Source of the DNA: Eledone cirrhosa | Lineage: Eukaryota | Assembly: GCA_964016885.1 (NCBI GenBank) | Contig: OZ024766.1 | Coordinates: forward strand, 9,424,001 to 9,488,000 | Direction: 5' to 3' | Length of the DNA: 64,000 nt | In this document: positions 49,744 to 62,742 of the stretch, piece after piece | How positions within the stretch are numbered: position 1 is the first letter of the stretch | Layout: each line of letters starts with the position of its first letter | Program-made: the position numbers and the translations under genes | Notes under the pieces: generated by a model | Told to the model about the DNA's origin: nothing | Database searches by the model: none | Seen by the model: only the letters and a program-made list of their open reading frames with translations

Positions 49744-51364
49744 GTGAGTGCAGCTTCCATCCTTGTTTTTTCCTTATCTTCTCTTACATTCATCAAAGAT
49801 ATTTGCTTTCAGTTTTACAATAAACAACAACAGCCTTTATTTATTTAAGAGAATAAATAATTGTTTCTACTTTTGGCACAAGGCCAGCAATTATCCGAGT
49901 GTATTACTGGTACTTTATTTTATCGAGCCCGTAAGGATGAAAGGCAAAGTTAACTTCGGCGGGATTTGGACTCAGAATGGCCATAAATAATAACAAATAA
50001 ATATGATGCTTTCAGCTTTTGTCACGAGGTTAGCTACTTAAAGGGGATGGAACGGGTGGGCAGGCGAGTCAGTTGATTAAATCGATCACAGTGAATTACT
50101 GGTACTTTATTTTATCAACGTACACAGAATCAAGGGGCCGTAACTCTATGCCAATTTTTTTTTGAGGGGGAGGTGAAAGTCGATTAAATCGACTTTCACC
50201 TTCCTCCAGTGAATTACTGGTACTTTTATTTTATTGACAGACGTAAGGATGAAAGGCAAAGTTAACCTTGGCGGGATTTGAACACAGAACGTAAAGAGCC
50301 GGACCTCTATGCCGATTTTTGGGGGGAGGGGAAAGTCAATTAAATCAACCTCAGTGTGTTACTGGTACTTTATTTTATCAACCACTGTAAGGATGAAAAG
50401 CAAGATTAACCTCGGCTTCATTTGAATACAGAACGTAAACGGCCGGAACTCTATGCCAATTTTGAGGGCTAGCAATTTGAAGGGATGTGGTGGGGAGTCA
50501 GTTAATAAAATCGACTCCAGTGTATTACTGGTACTTTATTTTATTGACCACCGTAAGGATGAAAGGCAAAATTAACATCGGCGGGATTTGAACAGACAAC
50601 GTAAAGGGCCATAACTTTGTGCCACGAATCAGGGTGTCCGACGCTCTACCGATCACTGCTAATTGTACCGCCTTTATCTATAATTGATAATAAATAAATA
50701 TGGTTTCTGCTTTTGTCACAAGATCACACACACATACACACATACATACGTACACACACATACACACACACATACATACACACACACATACATACAACCA
50801 CACCTACACACAACCACACATGCATACACACACACTTACATACATACACAAACATACAAACATACATACACATACACAAACATACAAACATACAAACACA
50901 CATACACAAACATACAAACAAACACGCATTCATAAAAACACATACACACAAACACATACAAACATACATACAAATACATACAAACAAACACACACACATA
51001 CACAAAAACACATACACACACACACACATACAAACACACACATACAAACAAACACACATACACAAAAACATACACACAAACATACAAATACATAGAAACA
51101 CACACACATACAAACAAACACACATTCATAAAAACACATACACACAAACACACACATACATACATATGATTGTTACTAGTTTTAGCACAAGGCCAGCAAC
51201 TACCGCAGTGTATTACTGGTACTTTATTTTATCAACCCTGTAAGGATGAAAGGCAAGGTTAACTTCAGCGGGATTTGAACTCAGAACATCATAAAGGGAT
51301 GTAACTCTATGCTGCAAAGCAGGGTGTCTGACGCTCTTCCAATATATATCATCATCATCATCAT

Positions 51365-51945
51365 CATCATTTTACGTCCGCTTTTCCCAGCATCTCTCCA
51401 CTCGTCACGGTCCTTCGTCATCTCCACCGTGAGCTTCAATGATCTGAGGTCTGTTCTCACCACCTCCGCCCATGTTTTTCGTGGTCTACCTCTACCACGT
51501 CTTCCTTCAACTGGCATTTCCTGGCACTTCTTCATCCATCGGTCATCCTCCATGCGCATCACATGTCCATACCACCTCAGTCTCCTCTCCCGTACACTAC
51601 ATTCTATCCCTCTCAGACACAGTTTCTCTCTCAACACATTTATGCTGGGTCGTTCACGCACATTTACACTGCACATCCAACGGAGCATGCTTGCCTCATT
51701 TCTCTCCAGCCGTTGCATATCCTCTGCAGTTGCTGCCCATGTCTCACTACCATGCAGCATCGCTCTCCTCACACAGGCATCATACAACCGGCCTTTCATA
51801 CGCAGGGAGAAACCCTTCTTCGTCAGCAGAAGAAGCAGCTCCCTAAACTTCTTCCAACCCGTCCTTATTCTATATACTATGGCCTCGGAACACCCTCCTC
51901 CCATGCTAATCTGATCTCCTAGGTACCGGAAGCTATCCACCACTT
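51365..51945 (-). mobile_element. RTE-clade LINE 3' ORF fragment
   Basis: VDSFRYLGDQI...KGRLYDACVRRAMLHGSETW...RRLRWYGHVMRM...GRGRPRKTW. Confidence 0.93.
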
Positions 51946-52007
51946 CTATATATATATATATTAAAATATAAGTATTAATAAAATAGATGTTCTTTTGATC
52001 AATTAAA

Positions 52008-52058
52008 TTTTATTATACATATTTCGGATGTACAACAGTACGTCCTCATCAGACAAAA
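52008..52058 (-). ncRNA. Type-I hammerhead ribozyme (TTTTAT/ATAAAA family variant)
   Basis: Minus strand TTTTGT-CTGATGA-GGAcGTAC tgtt GTACaTCC-GAA-ATATGTAT-A^ATAAAA. Confidence 0.72.
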
Positions 52059-52234
52059 TATAATGATACATGACATACCCTGAGATGTTAAATGGTTAAG
52101 ATTTAATCAAGGTAATAACTCCTGAAAATCATTTTACCGTTGAGTGCTTCCAATCTACTGTAAAACTCATTCTTTGACATAATCATCGAATATCGTTTAA
52201 CAACTTAATACTTATATATATATATATATATATC

Positions 52235-52880
52235 ATCATCATCGTTTTACGTCCGCTTGTCCCTGCTTGCATGGGTGGGACGGGAACTGTTTCTGGCTTG
52301 ATTTCTACAGCTGGATGCCCTTCCTAACACCAACCTCATTTACAGTGAGTGCTGGGTGCTTTTTTTCCGTGGCACCTCCACGACCACTTTACAGTGGAAT
52401 GATAGGGACTCCAGTCCCTATCATCTCATTTCTACAGCTGAGTAAACTGGAGCAATGTGAAATAAAGTGTCTTGCTCAAGGAAACAACACATCACTCGGT
52501 CTGAGAATTGAACTCACAACCTTTCGATTGCAAGGCCAATGCTCTAACCACTAAGCCATGTGCCTTCACATAATATATATATATATATATATATATATGG
52601 ACCGAGTGATGTGTTGTTTCCTTGAGCAAGACACTTTATTTCACATTGCTCCAGTTTACTCAGCTGTAGAAATGAGATGATAGGGACTGGGGTCCCTATC
52701 ATTCCACTGTAAAGTGGTCGTGGAGGTGCCACGGCAAAAAAGCACCCAGCACTCACTGTAAATGAGGTTGGTGTTAGGAAGGGCATCCAGCTGTAGAAAT
52801 CAAGCCAGAATCAGTTCCCGTCCCACCCTTGCAAGCAGGGGAAAAAGCGGGCGTAAAATGAAATGATGATGATGATGATA
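52235..52880. mobile_element. Head-to-head inverted pair of CORE-type SINEs separated by (TA)n
   Basis: Minus copy 52235-52567; plus 5'-truncated copy 52600-52880. Confidence 0.88.
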
Positions 52881-53184
52881 TGTGTGTGTGTGTGTGTGTT
52901 TGTATTGGTTTATACATCTCGCTTGTAATTTTGGCAATATATACTAAAGTATGTACCAAAGTATATTTTGAGTTATCTCCCTTTTTTTTGTTTTTTTTTA
53001 AATTCATAATTACTATGATTTTATATAATTTTGTGTAGGTGTATATATGTATACATATATACACACATACATACATATATACATATATATATATATCTAT
53101 ATCTATTCTTATAATAAATATATATCATCATCATGATTATCATATAAATATATATGTATATATATATATATATATATATTTATA

Positions 53185-53488
53185 TACGTTATTCCGGGTT
53201 GAATCGGAGGTAACCACAGTAAGTAAGGTACTCAATACATAGCAGAGTATAACAGATTCCTGATGATTTCTAATGAATGAAACAGTTCTAGTCCTGTAGA
53301 ATCTCATCTATATTAAAACTGTTATACTCTGCTATGTATTGAGTACCTTACTTACTGTGGTTACCTCCGATTCAACCCGGAATAACGTACATTTTAGCAC
53401 TCCCTGTGCCCCTTATAACCCAGATTCCTGATGATTTCTAATGAATGAAACAGTTCTAGTCCTGTAGAATCTCATCTATATTAAAACT
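53185..53488 (+). ncRNA. Tandem hammerhead dimer (168-nt unit) with inverted 5' arm; retrozyme/Penelope pLTR-like
   Basis: AGATTC-CTGATGA-TTTCtaatGAAT-GAA-ACAG ttctagtc CTGT-A^GAATCT occurs twice (cores at 53260 and 53428). 53185-53255 is the reverse complement of 53319-53389. Flanked by (TA)n. Confidence 0.78.
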
Positions 53489-53764
53489 ATATATTTATAT
53501 ATATATATATATATATTTATATACATATATATTTATATACATATATATTTATATATATATATATATATATATATAATGTTACATAGTAGAGTTTGCTTCA
53601 TCCTATGCTGCAATATACGCACCTGTATAAATATAAATGAAGTATTTCCGTGGGAAAGGTACAGGAAAATATATATATATATAAATAACATTTACAAGTA
53701 TATTTACACACACTTCAAATCAACCCCCCCGCTCTCTCTCTCCGATAACACCACTTTCTCCACT

Positions 53765-53778
53765 GTTACTATGGAAAC
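53765..53778. promoter_or_regulatory. RFX X-box motif GTTACTATGGAAAC
   Basis: Exact fit to the GTHNYY-AT-RRNAAC consensus, inside a ~250-bp unique island between the two LysM exons. Confidence 0.45.
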
Positions 53779-54264
53779 GACCTTTAACCTCCTCCCCCCA
53801 AAGCAAACAGCCCACTCCTCTGTTGAGCTCACCTCATCTCATGTATATTTAGCCTATGTAGATAAGATAAGTTCTAAACCAAGTAAATCTCCATTGTTTG
53901 AACTGCTGTAGCTACAGTCAGCTCTTCACAGCCTAAAATATACGTTATATATATATATACTCATCATTTTATGTCCGCTTTTCCCTGCTTGCAAGAGTTG
54001 GGCAGGTTCTATTCAGCACAGCATCTCTCCATTTGTCACGGTCCTTTGTCATCTCTTCTACGAACAATCTGAGGTCTGCTCTCAACACCTCCACTCATGT
54101 TTTTCGTGGTCTTCTTCCTTCCACTGGGATTTCTTGACACTTCTTTACCAGCCGGTCATCCTCCATGTCCATACTATCGCAGTCTTCTCTCCCACATACT
54201 ACACTTTATATATATATATATAACATGGTGTTTTTATTAAATATGGATTTGAAAACAATCCTAT

Positions 54265-54600
54265 CATTATTTCATTTTACGTCTGCTTTTTCCCTGCTTG
54301 CAAGGGTGGGACGGGAACTGATTCTGGCTTGATTTCTACAGCTGGATGCCCTTCCTAACACCAACCTCATTTACAGTGAGTGCTGGGTGCTTTTTTTGCC
54401 GTGGCACCTCCACGACCACTTTGCAGTGGAATGATAGGGACCCCAGTCCCTATCATCTCATTTCTACAGCTGAGTAAACTGGAGCAATGTGAAATAAAGT
54501 GTCTTGCTCAAGGAAACAACACATCACCCGGTCTGAGAATTGAACTCACAACCTTTCGATTGCAAGGCCAATGTTCTAACCACTAAGCCATGTGCCTCCA
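54265..54600 (-). mobile_element. Full-length CORE-type SINE
   Basis: Same head, core and tail as other copies; further plus-strand copies at 56127-56410, 57756-58160 and 61075-61405. Confidence 0.88.
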
Positions 54601-55469
54601 TATATAAATGTGGTTGGTGTTAGGAAGGGCATCCAGCTGTAGAAAACCCGCCAGACAGTCCTATGCGAGCAAGACAATCACTCTTGCCTCAAGTGGGAAA
54701 ACTCCCGTCCAAACCCATGCAAGCGTGGAACACGGACGTTAAACGATGATGATGATGATGATATATATATATATATAATCACATGTCTTAGGGGTTAGAG
54801 CATTGGCCTTGCAATCGAAAAGTTGTGAGTTCAATTCTCAGACCAGGCGATGTAAACATTGATGCAATTCAATTCAAGCACTCAACATACTTCTTCCACA
54901 GAGGAATGACGGAGTATATTTAGAATAAAACGCGAAGTAGTTTCAGATGCTAACATCCTTTATTGATAATTGTTTCTACTTTTGGCACAAGGCCAGCAAT
55001 TACCCAGTGTATTACTGGTACCTTATTTTATCGACCCTGTAATAATTGTTTCTACTTTAGGCACAAGGCCAGCAATAATCCCAGTGTATTACTGGTACTT
55101 TATTTTATCGACCCTGTAATAGTTGTTTCTACTTTTGGCACAAGGCCAGCAATTACCCCCAGTGTATTACTGGTACTTTATTTTATCAACCCTGTAATAA
55201 TTATTTCTACTTTTGGCACAAGGCCAGCAATTACCCCAGTGTATTACTGGTACTTTATTTTATCAACCCCGTAATAATTGTTTCTACTTTTGGCACAAAG
55301 CCAGCAATTACCCCAGTGTATTACTGGTACTTTATTTTATCGACCCCGTAAGGATGAAAGGCAAAGTTAACCTCGACTGGATTTGAACTCAGACCGTAAA
55401 GGGAGGTAACTATGCTGGAAAACATGGCGTCCGACTCTCTACTGATACTGCCAATCCTTTATTGATAAT

Positions 55470-55542
55470 GCTGTGATATATATTTCAATGATTCGTGGCC
55501 ACGCGATTCCGTGTACCCAGTGTCATGACCTCATCAGACAGC
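55470..55542 (-). ncRNA. Type-I hammerhead ribozyme with long stem II
   Basis: Minus strand GCTGT-CTGATGA-GGT...ATT-GAA-ATATATAT-C^ACAGC, followed by AATAAA. Confidence 0.62.
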
Positions 55543-55627
55543 TTCTTACATAAGGTTACGTTCCAGAGGCAATCCAAATTGAAACAGAGAGTACTCAATA
55601 TTGTTGAAATGGGGTCCTGACTATTTT

Positions 55628-55707
<80 letters not shown>

Positions 55708-55987
55708 ATGTTACATAGTAGAGTTTGTTTCATCCTATGCAGCAATATACGCACCTGTATGTGTATAAATATAAATGAAGTATTTCCGTGGGAAAGGTAC
55801 AGGAAAAAATATATATATATATATAAGTAGCACTTATATATATACATATATATATATAGATTTTGAATTCATATGACTCCAGTTCCCCAGTGAATTAACA
55901 ACCCAACAAGGAACTGGGCATATCAGAGTATTGACAATATCATACACCTAAACAACATATGTACTTGTCTATACCACACTAATTCAA

Positions 55988-56042
55988 ACTGCCTGAAGAG
56001 GTCACAGCCAAAGATGGCTGTCACTGAAATATATATAGCAGT
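55988..56042 (+). ncRNA. Type-I hammerhead ribozyme
   Basis: ACTGC-CTGAAGA-GGTcACAGCCA aaga TGGCTGTcACT-GAA-ATATATAT-A^GCAGT, immediately followed by AATAAA. Confidence 0.78.
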
Positions 56043-56091
56043 AATAAACGAAGCTAAATTTTAATCATTTGACTTTTATTTAACTTTATTT

Positions 56092-56125
<34 letters not shown>

Positions 56126-56432
56126 GGTTCAATTCTCAGACCGGGTGATGTGTTGTTTCCTTGAGCAAGACACTTTATTTCACATTGCTCCAGTTTACTC
56201 AGCTGTAGAAATAAGATGATAGGGACTGGGGTCCCTAACATTCCACTGTAAAGTGGTCGTGGAGGTGCCACGGCAAAAAAGCACCCAGCCCACACTGTAA
56301 ATGAGGTTGGTGTTAGGAAGGGCATCCAGCTGTAGAAATCAAGCCAGAATCAGTTCCCGTCCCACCCTTGCAAGCAGGGGAAAGCGGATGTAAAATGATG
56401 ATGATGATATATGTATATAGATAATATATAAT

Positions 56433-56470
<38 letters not shown>

Positions 56471-56621
56471 TACATTGACAATGGAAATCTTATTGATGAA
56501 ATAAAGTTGAACTATCAGAGATAAGGGTTGTCTTTGTCACAGTCACATTAAGAGCTACATATATATATATATGTATATATATATATGTGTATCTATATGT
56601 ATGTATATATATATGTATGTG

Positions 56622-56658
<37 letters not shown>

Positions 56659-56671
56659 GTGTATATATATG

Positions 56672-56702
<31 letters not shown>

Positions 56703-56728
56703 GTATATATATATATACCTAAAATATA

Positions 56729-56762
<34 letters not shown>

Positions 56763-56815
56763 CCTAAAATATATGTATATGTGTATATATATATATATAT
56801 ATCACCTAAAATATA

Positions 56816-56864
<49 letters not shown>

Positions 56865-56931
56865 ACACATATATATATATATATACACATATATACATAT
56901 ATATATACACACACATATATATATACACACA

Positions 56932-56991
<60 letters not shown>

Positions 56992-57004
56992 CACATACAT
57001 ATAC

Positions 57005-57067
<63 letters not shown>

Positions 57068-57084
57068 CACATACATAATTATAC

Positions 57085-57126
<42 letters not shown>

Positions 57127-57194
57127 TCCCACAAAATATACAACACTTTGATTAGAATGCTGTTGAAGTGTGTATACATTTTTTGGGAACATCC

Positions 57195-57259
<65 letters not shown>

Positions 57260-57640
57260 CACCTCTCAAAGGCGATGACACACGACCGTGACCTCTGGCG
57301 TCACGCAGTAATACAGAGTACCCGACCTCCCATGGGTACAAGCTTAAGCATATAGACAATATGCCCCCACACCCTCCTACTGCAAGGTGGTCGTGGAAGT
57401 GCCACGGCAGAAAAGCACCCAGCCCACACTGTAAAGTGGATGTGTAGGGGCCACGAAAAAGCACCCAGCACTCACTGTAAATGATGTTGGTGTTAGGAAG
57501 GGCATCCAGATGTAGGTATCAAGCCAGAATCAGTTCCTGTATGAGCAAGGCATGGTCAGCCGACCAGACACTGCCCACAACAGGACAACCCGTCTAACCC
57601 ATGATAGCGTGGAAGAACGGACGTAAAACGGTGATGATGA

Positions 57641-57758
<118 letters not shown>

Positions 57759-58679
57759 AGGCACATGGCTTAGTGGTTAGAACATTGGCCTTGCAATCGA
57801 AAGGTTGTGAGTTCAATTCTCAGACCGGGTGATGTGTTGTTTCCTTGAGCAAGACACTTTATTTCACATTGCTCCAGTTTACTCAGCTGTAGAAATGAGA
57901 TGATAGGGACTGGGGTCCCTATCATTCCACTGCAAAGTGGTCGTGGAGGTGCCACGGAAAATAAAAAGCACCCAGCACTCACTGTAAATGAGGTTGGTGT
58001 TAGGAAGGGCATCCAGCTGTAGAAATCAAGCCAAATCAGTTCCTGTATGAGCAAGGCATGGTCAGCCGACCAGACACCGCTCACAACAGGACAACCCGTC
58101 TAACCCAAGCTAGCATGGAAGAACGGACGTAAAACGGTGATGATGATGATGATGATGATGATACACACAGTGATAAAAGTTTTTTTTTCTTATTTTGCTT
58201 TGTTTGACGCGTCCAATCTTTAGCCTATCTCTGACGTTGAAGGCAGAGAGCCAGACATTCATACCTAAATATATGTCGGGTGTGCCAACGACTCCCTCGG
58301 GTGACATACACTATACCGAGAATTGGTTACATGGAACATGGAATGATAAGGTAGTGGGTTCAGATCCTTGGAGCAGGTAGGTACTGTCGTGCTGTGTTCC
58401 TGAGCAAGACACCTCATTTCATTATAGGGCTCGGATCTCACCCCCAGCTCATTAAAATAAAAATACTGAAGGAATGTCGAATAAGAACGCACAGGAGCAG
58501 GGGGCCAGCTACACCTACCTAGCTGTGATGTGTATCAAACATACATATATATCTCACCGCTGGCCTCTGTCTATGACAGGGTGGTAGTAGTACACAATAA
58601 GCCTAAGCCCCTTCACCACAAGGACATAAGAAGACTTAATAATCATCACTTGAGAGCGCATATATACAACAGCAACTTG

Positions 58680-59790
58680 ACAGGGCTGGGGTCCCTATCA
58701 TTAAAACACCCTAGAAACCTTTGAGATACAACCTTGTAGGAGGTCAGCTAAACCTACATAGGTGTGAGATGTAACAACATGATAGGACTGGGGTCCCTAT
58801 CATTAAAACACCCAAGAAACCTCCTATGAGATGCAACCTTGTAGGAGGCCAGCTAAACCTACATAGGTGTGAGCTGTAACAACATGATAGGACTGGGGTC
58901 CCTATCATTAAAACACCCTAGAAACCTTTGAGATACAACCTTGTAGGAGGCCAGCTAAACCTACATAGGTGTGAGCTGTAACAACCTGATAGGACTGGGG
59001 TCCCTATCATTAAAACACCCTAGAAACCTTTGAGATACAACCTTGTAGGAGGCCAGCTAAACCTACATAGGTGTGAGCTGTAACAACCTGATAGGACTGG
59101 GGTCCCTATCATTAAAACACCCTAGAAACCTTTGAGATACAACCTTGTAGGAGGCCAGCTAAACCTACATAGGTGTGAGCTGTAACAACCTGATAGGACT
59201 GGGGTCCCTATCATTAAAACACCCTAGAAACCTTTGAGATACAATCTCATAGGAGGCCAGCTAAACCTACATAGGTGTGAGCTGTCACAACAACAACAAC
59301 ATGATATGACTGGGGTCCTTATCATTAAAACACTCAAGAAACCTCCACTGCTCTACAACTGCGCAGAACGCCAACTAAACCTACATATGTCATGACGTGA
59401 CAGGACTGGGGTCTTTATCACTAAAATACTCATGAGATACAACCAAACAGGACACCAGCTAAACCTACATAGGTGTAAGCTGTAATATGACAGGACTGGG
59501 ATTTGTATCGTTAAAATATTCAAAACACCTCCTACGAGATACTACAAACTGGACACCAGGTAAAGCTACATAGGTGTGAGTTGTATATCATGATAGGACT
59601 GGGAAATTTATCACTAAAACACTCAAGAAACTTCCTACGAGATATAACCAAACTGGACAGTAATTAAACCTCCATTGGTGTAAGCTGTAATATGACAGGA
59701 CTGGGATCTTTATTGTTAAAATATTCAAAAAACCTCTTACAAGATATAATCAAACTGGATGCCAGCTAAACCTACATAGGTGTGAGCTGT
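58680..59790. repeat. 102-bp tandem repeat derived from a SINE tail, diverging towards its 3' end
   Basis: TGATAGGACTGGGGTCCCTATCA recurs at 58885, 58987 and 59089; monomeric relative at 39310-39420. Confidence 0.88.
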
Positions 59791-59895
59791 AAACTTCATT
59801 TTTCATATATTTTTTCTCACTATTTTTTTTTCTATTATCTTTCACGCATCCACTCATCATTATACACACCATTCATTGTACACAAACAGTTACTC

Positions 59896-59991
59896 ATGTC
59901 GCAGCTAAAAGACTTAGGTGGACAGTATATTCGCCACACTATTCACAACCAGGAGTCCTTAATAGGTATAGCACTAAAATACCAAGTTTCA
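59896..59991 (+). CDS. LYSMD2: LysM-domain protein, alternative exon B: a second, different first half of LysM (MSQLKDLGGQYIRHTIHNQESLIGIALKYQVS)
   Basis: H.......SL.GIALKY.VS| aligns with exon A. Consensus donor TCA|GTAAGT; acceptor AG at 59888-59889 after a ~100-nt AG-free, pyrimidine-rich tract. Confidence 0.8.
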
Positions 59992-60227
59992 GTAAGTATT
60001 GTTAACTTTTTGGGGGTACCACATTTCTAACGAAATACACCGCGGGGTAGATGAGGGAGGGTTTGGTCTGGCAGGGTCGGGGTTATGGTTTTGGGAATAA
60101 TTTTCTTCCACATATGTTGTAAATACATGCAATACTTGTCCCTCTCTTTCTCTCATACACTGATTTATGTACACACCTTACCTTCTCCCTGCTGCACACA
60201 CATACATACACATCAATGTATTTCTCA

Positions 60228-60286
<59 letters not shown>

Positions 60287-60380
60287 TAACCAAAGATTAA
60301 TATGGTTCATTGATTACTCAATGAATATAGTTTTTACAATAGATTAAAAGCACTCTACAGTGAAGTTTTCTGGAGTTATT

Positions 60381-60660
60381 AATATTATTCAGAATATTAA
60401 TAAATGAAGAAATTCACATAATCAAAATATATGTTTTATTATATATATTTCGAAGGTACTGTGCTGTTTTTTCAGTACGTCCTCGTCAGATAAAATACAT
60501 GAATTGATGTAAGACCGTTTGGGAATGTCATACATTAATTCATGTATTTTATCTGACGAGGACGTACTGAAAAAACAGCACAGTACATTCGAAATATATA
60601 TAATAAAACATATATTTTGATTATGTGAATTTCTTCATTTATTAATATTCTGAATAATAT
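60381..60660. ncRNA. Inverted repeat (~130-bp arms) holding two divergent hammerhead ribozymes (60434-60495 minus; 60547-60608 plus)
   Basis: TTTTAT-CTGACGA-GGAcGTACTG...CAGTACaTTC-GAA-ATATATAT-A^ATAAAA on each strand. Confidence 0.75.
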
Positions 60661-60844
60661 ATATATATATATCAATGATATAAATAAATGGAAACTATAT
60701 TTATAAAACCATATATATGGTTTTATAAATATAGTTTCCATTTATTTAATATCATTGATATTATACTCCAGAAAATCTGTCGAGTGCTTCGAATCTGTTA
60801 TAAATATATTTGTTGAATTACCAACAAATTAAATATCCCTTTTG

Positions 60845-61074
<230 letters not shown>

Positions 61075-61424
61075 TGGAGGCACATGGCTTAGTGGTTAGA
61101 GCATTGGCCTTGCAATCGAAAGGTTGTGAGTTCAATTCTCAGACCGGGTGATGTGTTGTGTCCTTGAGCAAGACACTTTATTTCACATTGCTCCAGTTTA
61201 CTCAGCTGTAGAAATGAGATGATAGGGACTGGGGTCCCTATCATTCCACTGCAAAGTGGTCGTGGAGGTGCCACGGCAAAAAAGTACCCAGCACTCACTG
61301 TAAATGAGGTTGGTGTTAGGAAGGGCATCCAGTTGTAGAAATCAAGCCAAAATCAGTTCCCGTCTCACCCTTGGAAAAGTGGACGTAAAATGATGATGAA
61401 ATGATGATATATATATATATATAA

Positions 61425-61795
61425 TGTGGGTAGATTAGAGAGAAACGAAGCCTGCATGCTCCGATGGATGTGTAATAGTAATATACGCGAATGGCAAAGC
61501 ATAAATGAATTGAGAGAGAGACTGAGCATAAGAGGAATCAAATGCTGTGTGCAGGAGAGGCGGTTGCGTTGGTATGGACATGTGATGCGTATGAAGGATG
61601 ACAGCTCCATAAAAAGGTGCAGAGCACTAGAAGTCGATGGAAACCGCGGAGTGGGGAAACCCAAGAAGACCTGGGATGAGGTGATAATAGCCGACCTTAC
61701 CCATTTACACCTCTCAAAGGCGATGACACACGACCGTGACCTCTGGCGCCACGCAGTAATACAGAGTCACCGAACTCCCATGGGTACAAGCTGAA
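61425..61795 (+). mobile_element. RTE-clade LINE 3' fragment fused to a SINE-type tail (to ~62095)
   Basis: LERNEACMLRWMC...RRLRWYGHVMRMKDD...GKPKKTWDEV. Confidence 0.88.
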
Positions 61796-62474
61796 GCATA
61801 TAGACAATATGCCCCCACACCGTCCCACTGCAAGGTGGTCATGGAGGTGCCACGACAAAAAAGCACCCAGCCCACACTGTAAAGTGGACGTGTAGGCGCC
61901 ACGGAAAAAAAGCACCCAGCACTCACTGTAAATGAGGTTGGTGTTAGGAAGGGCTTCCAGCTGTAGAAATCAAGCCAAATCAGTTCCTGTATGAGCAAGG
62001 CAGGGTCAGCCGACCAGACACTGCCCACAACAGGACAACCCATCTAACCCATGCTAGCATGAAAGAACAGACGTTAAACGGTGATGAAGATGATGGGTAA
62101 ACATATTATCCCATTACAATTAGTAATTAAATGCTGTTAATCCTTGATTGTTATATATAAAGTGTATATATATATATATATATTTATACACATACACACA
62201 TATATATATATATAGTCATACATATAAATAAATAAATGTATGTGTGTGTTGGTGTTAGCAAGGGCATCCAGCCGTAGAAAACCTACCAGATAGTCCTATA
62301 CCAGCGAGACACGGTCACCCGACCAATCTTGCCTCAAGTGGGACAACTCCCGTCTAACCCATGCTAGTGTGGAAGATGGACGTTAAACGAAGATGATGAT
62401 GATATATATTTATACATATGTATAGATATGTATGAATGTGTGTGTATGAGTATATATATATATATATCTATCTA

Positions 62475-62705
62475 GGGTGGGTAAAATTCCCGAGATCCAT
62501 GGACGAGTTCTCTCCAGCGGTCTCTGTCCCTCATTATCGCTGCCATGTCCTGCGTCTCCAACAGACCAGTGTCTGTCCTTAGGGCATCAACATACGTTAA
62601 CCTTGGTCTTCCTCTTCCAGTGTGTCCATGTAGGGGCTCCCACAGGAGCACTGAGTGCAATGTCAACTCTGGATGTCGGTGAGCATGTCCAGCTAACCTC
62701 AGTCT
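62475..62705 (-). mobile_element. RTE-like LINE 3' fragment
   Basis: RLRLAGHAHRHPEL...LLWEP.HG...RGRPRLTYVD. Confidence 0.8.
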
Positions 62706-62706
62706 A

Positions 62707-62742
<36 letters not shown>

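Noticed and set aside
54890-54940. Acceptor-like TTCTTCCACAG as the missing second LysM half
   Set aside because: All three frames hit stops within ~30 nt and there is no LysM motif.
58195-58380. 61-aa ORF as a possible extra LYSMD exon
   Set aside because: No LysM similarity; its 3' part runs into a degenerate SINE (CCTGAGCAAGACAC core).
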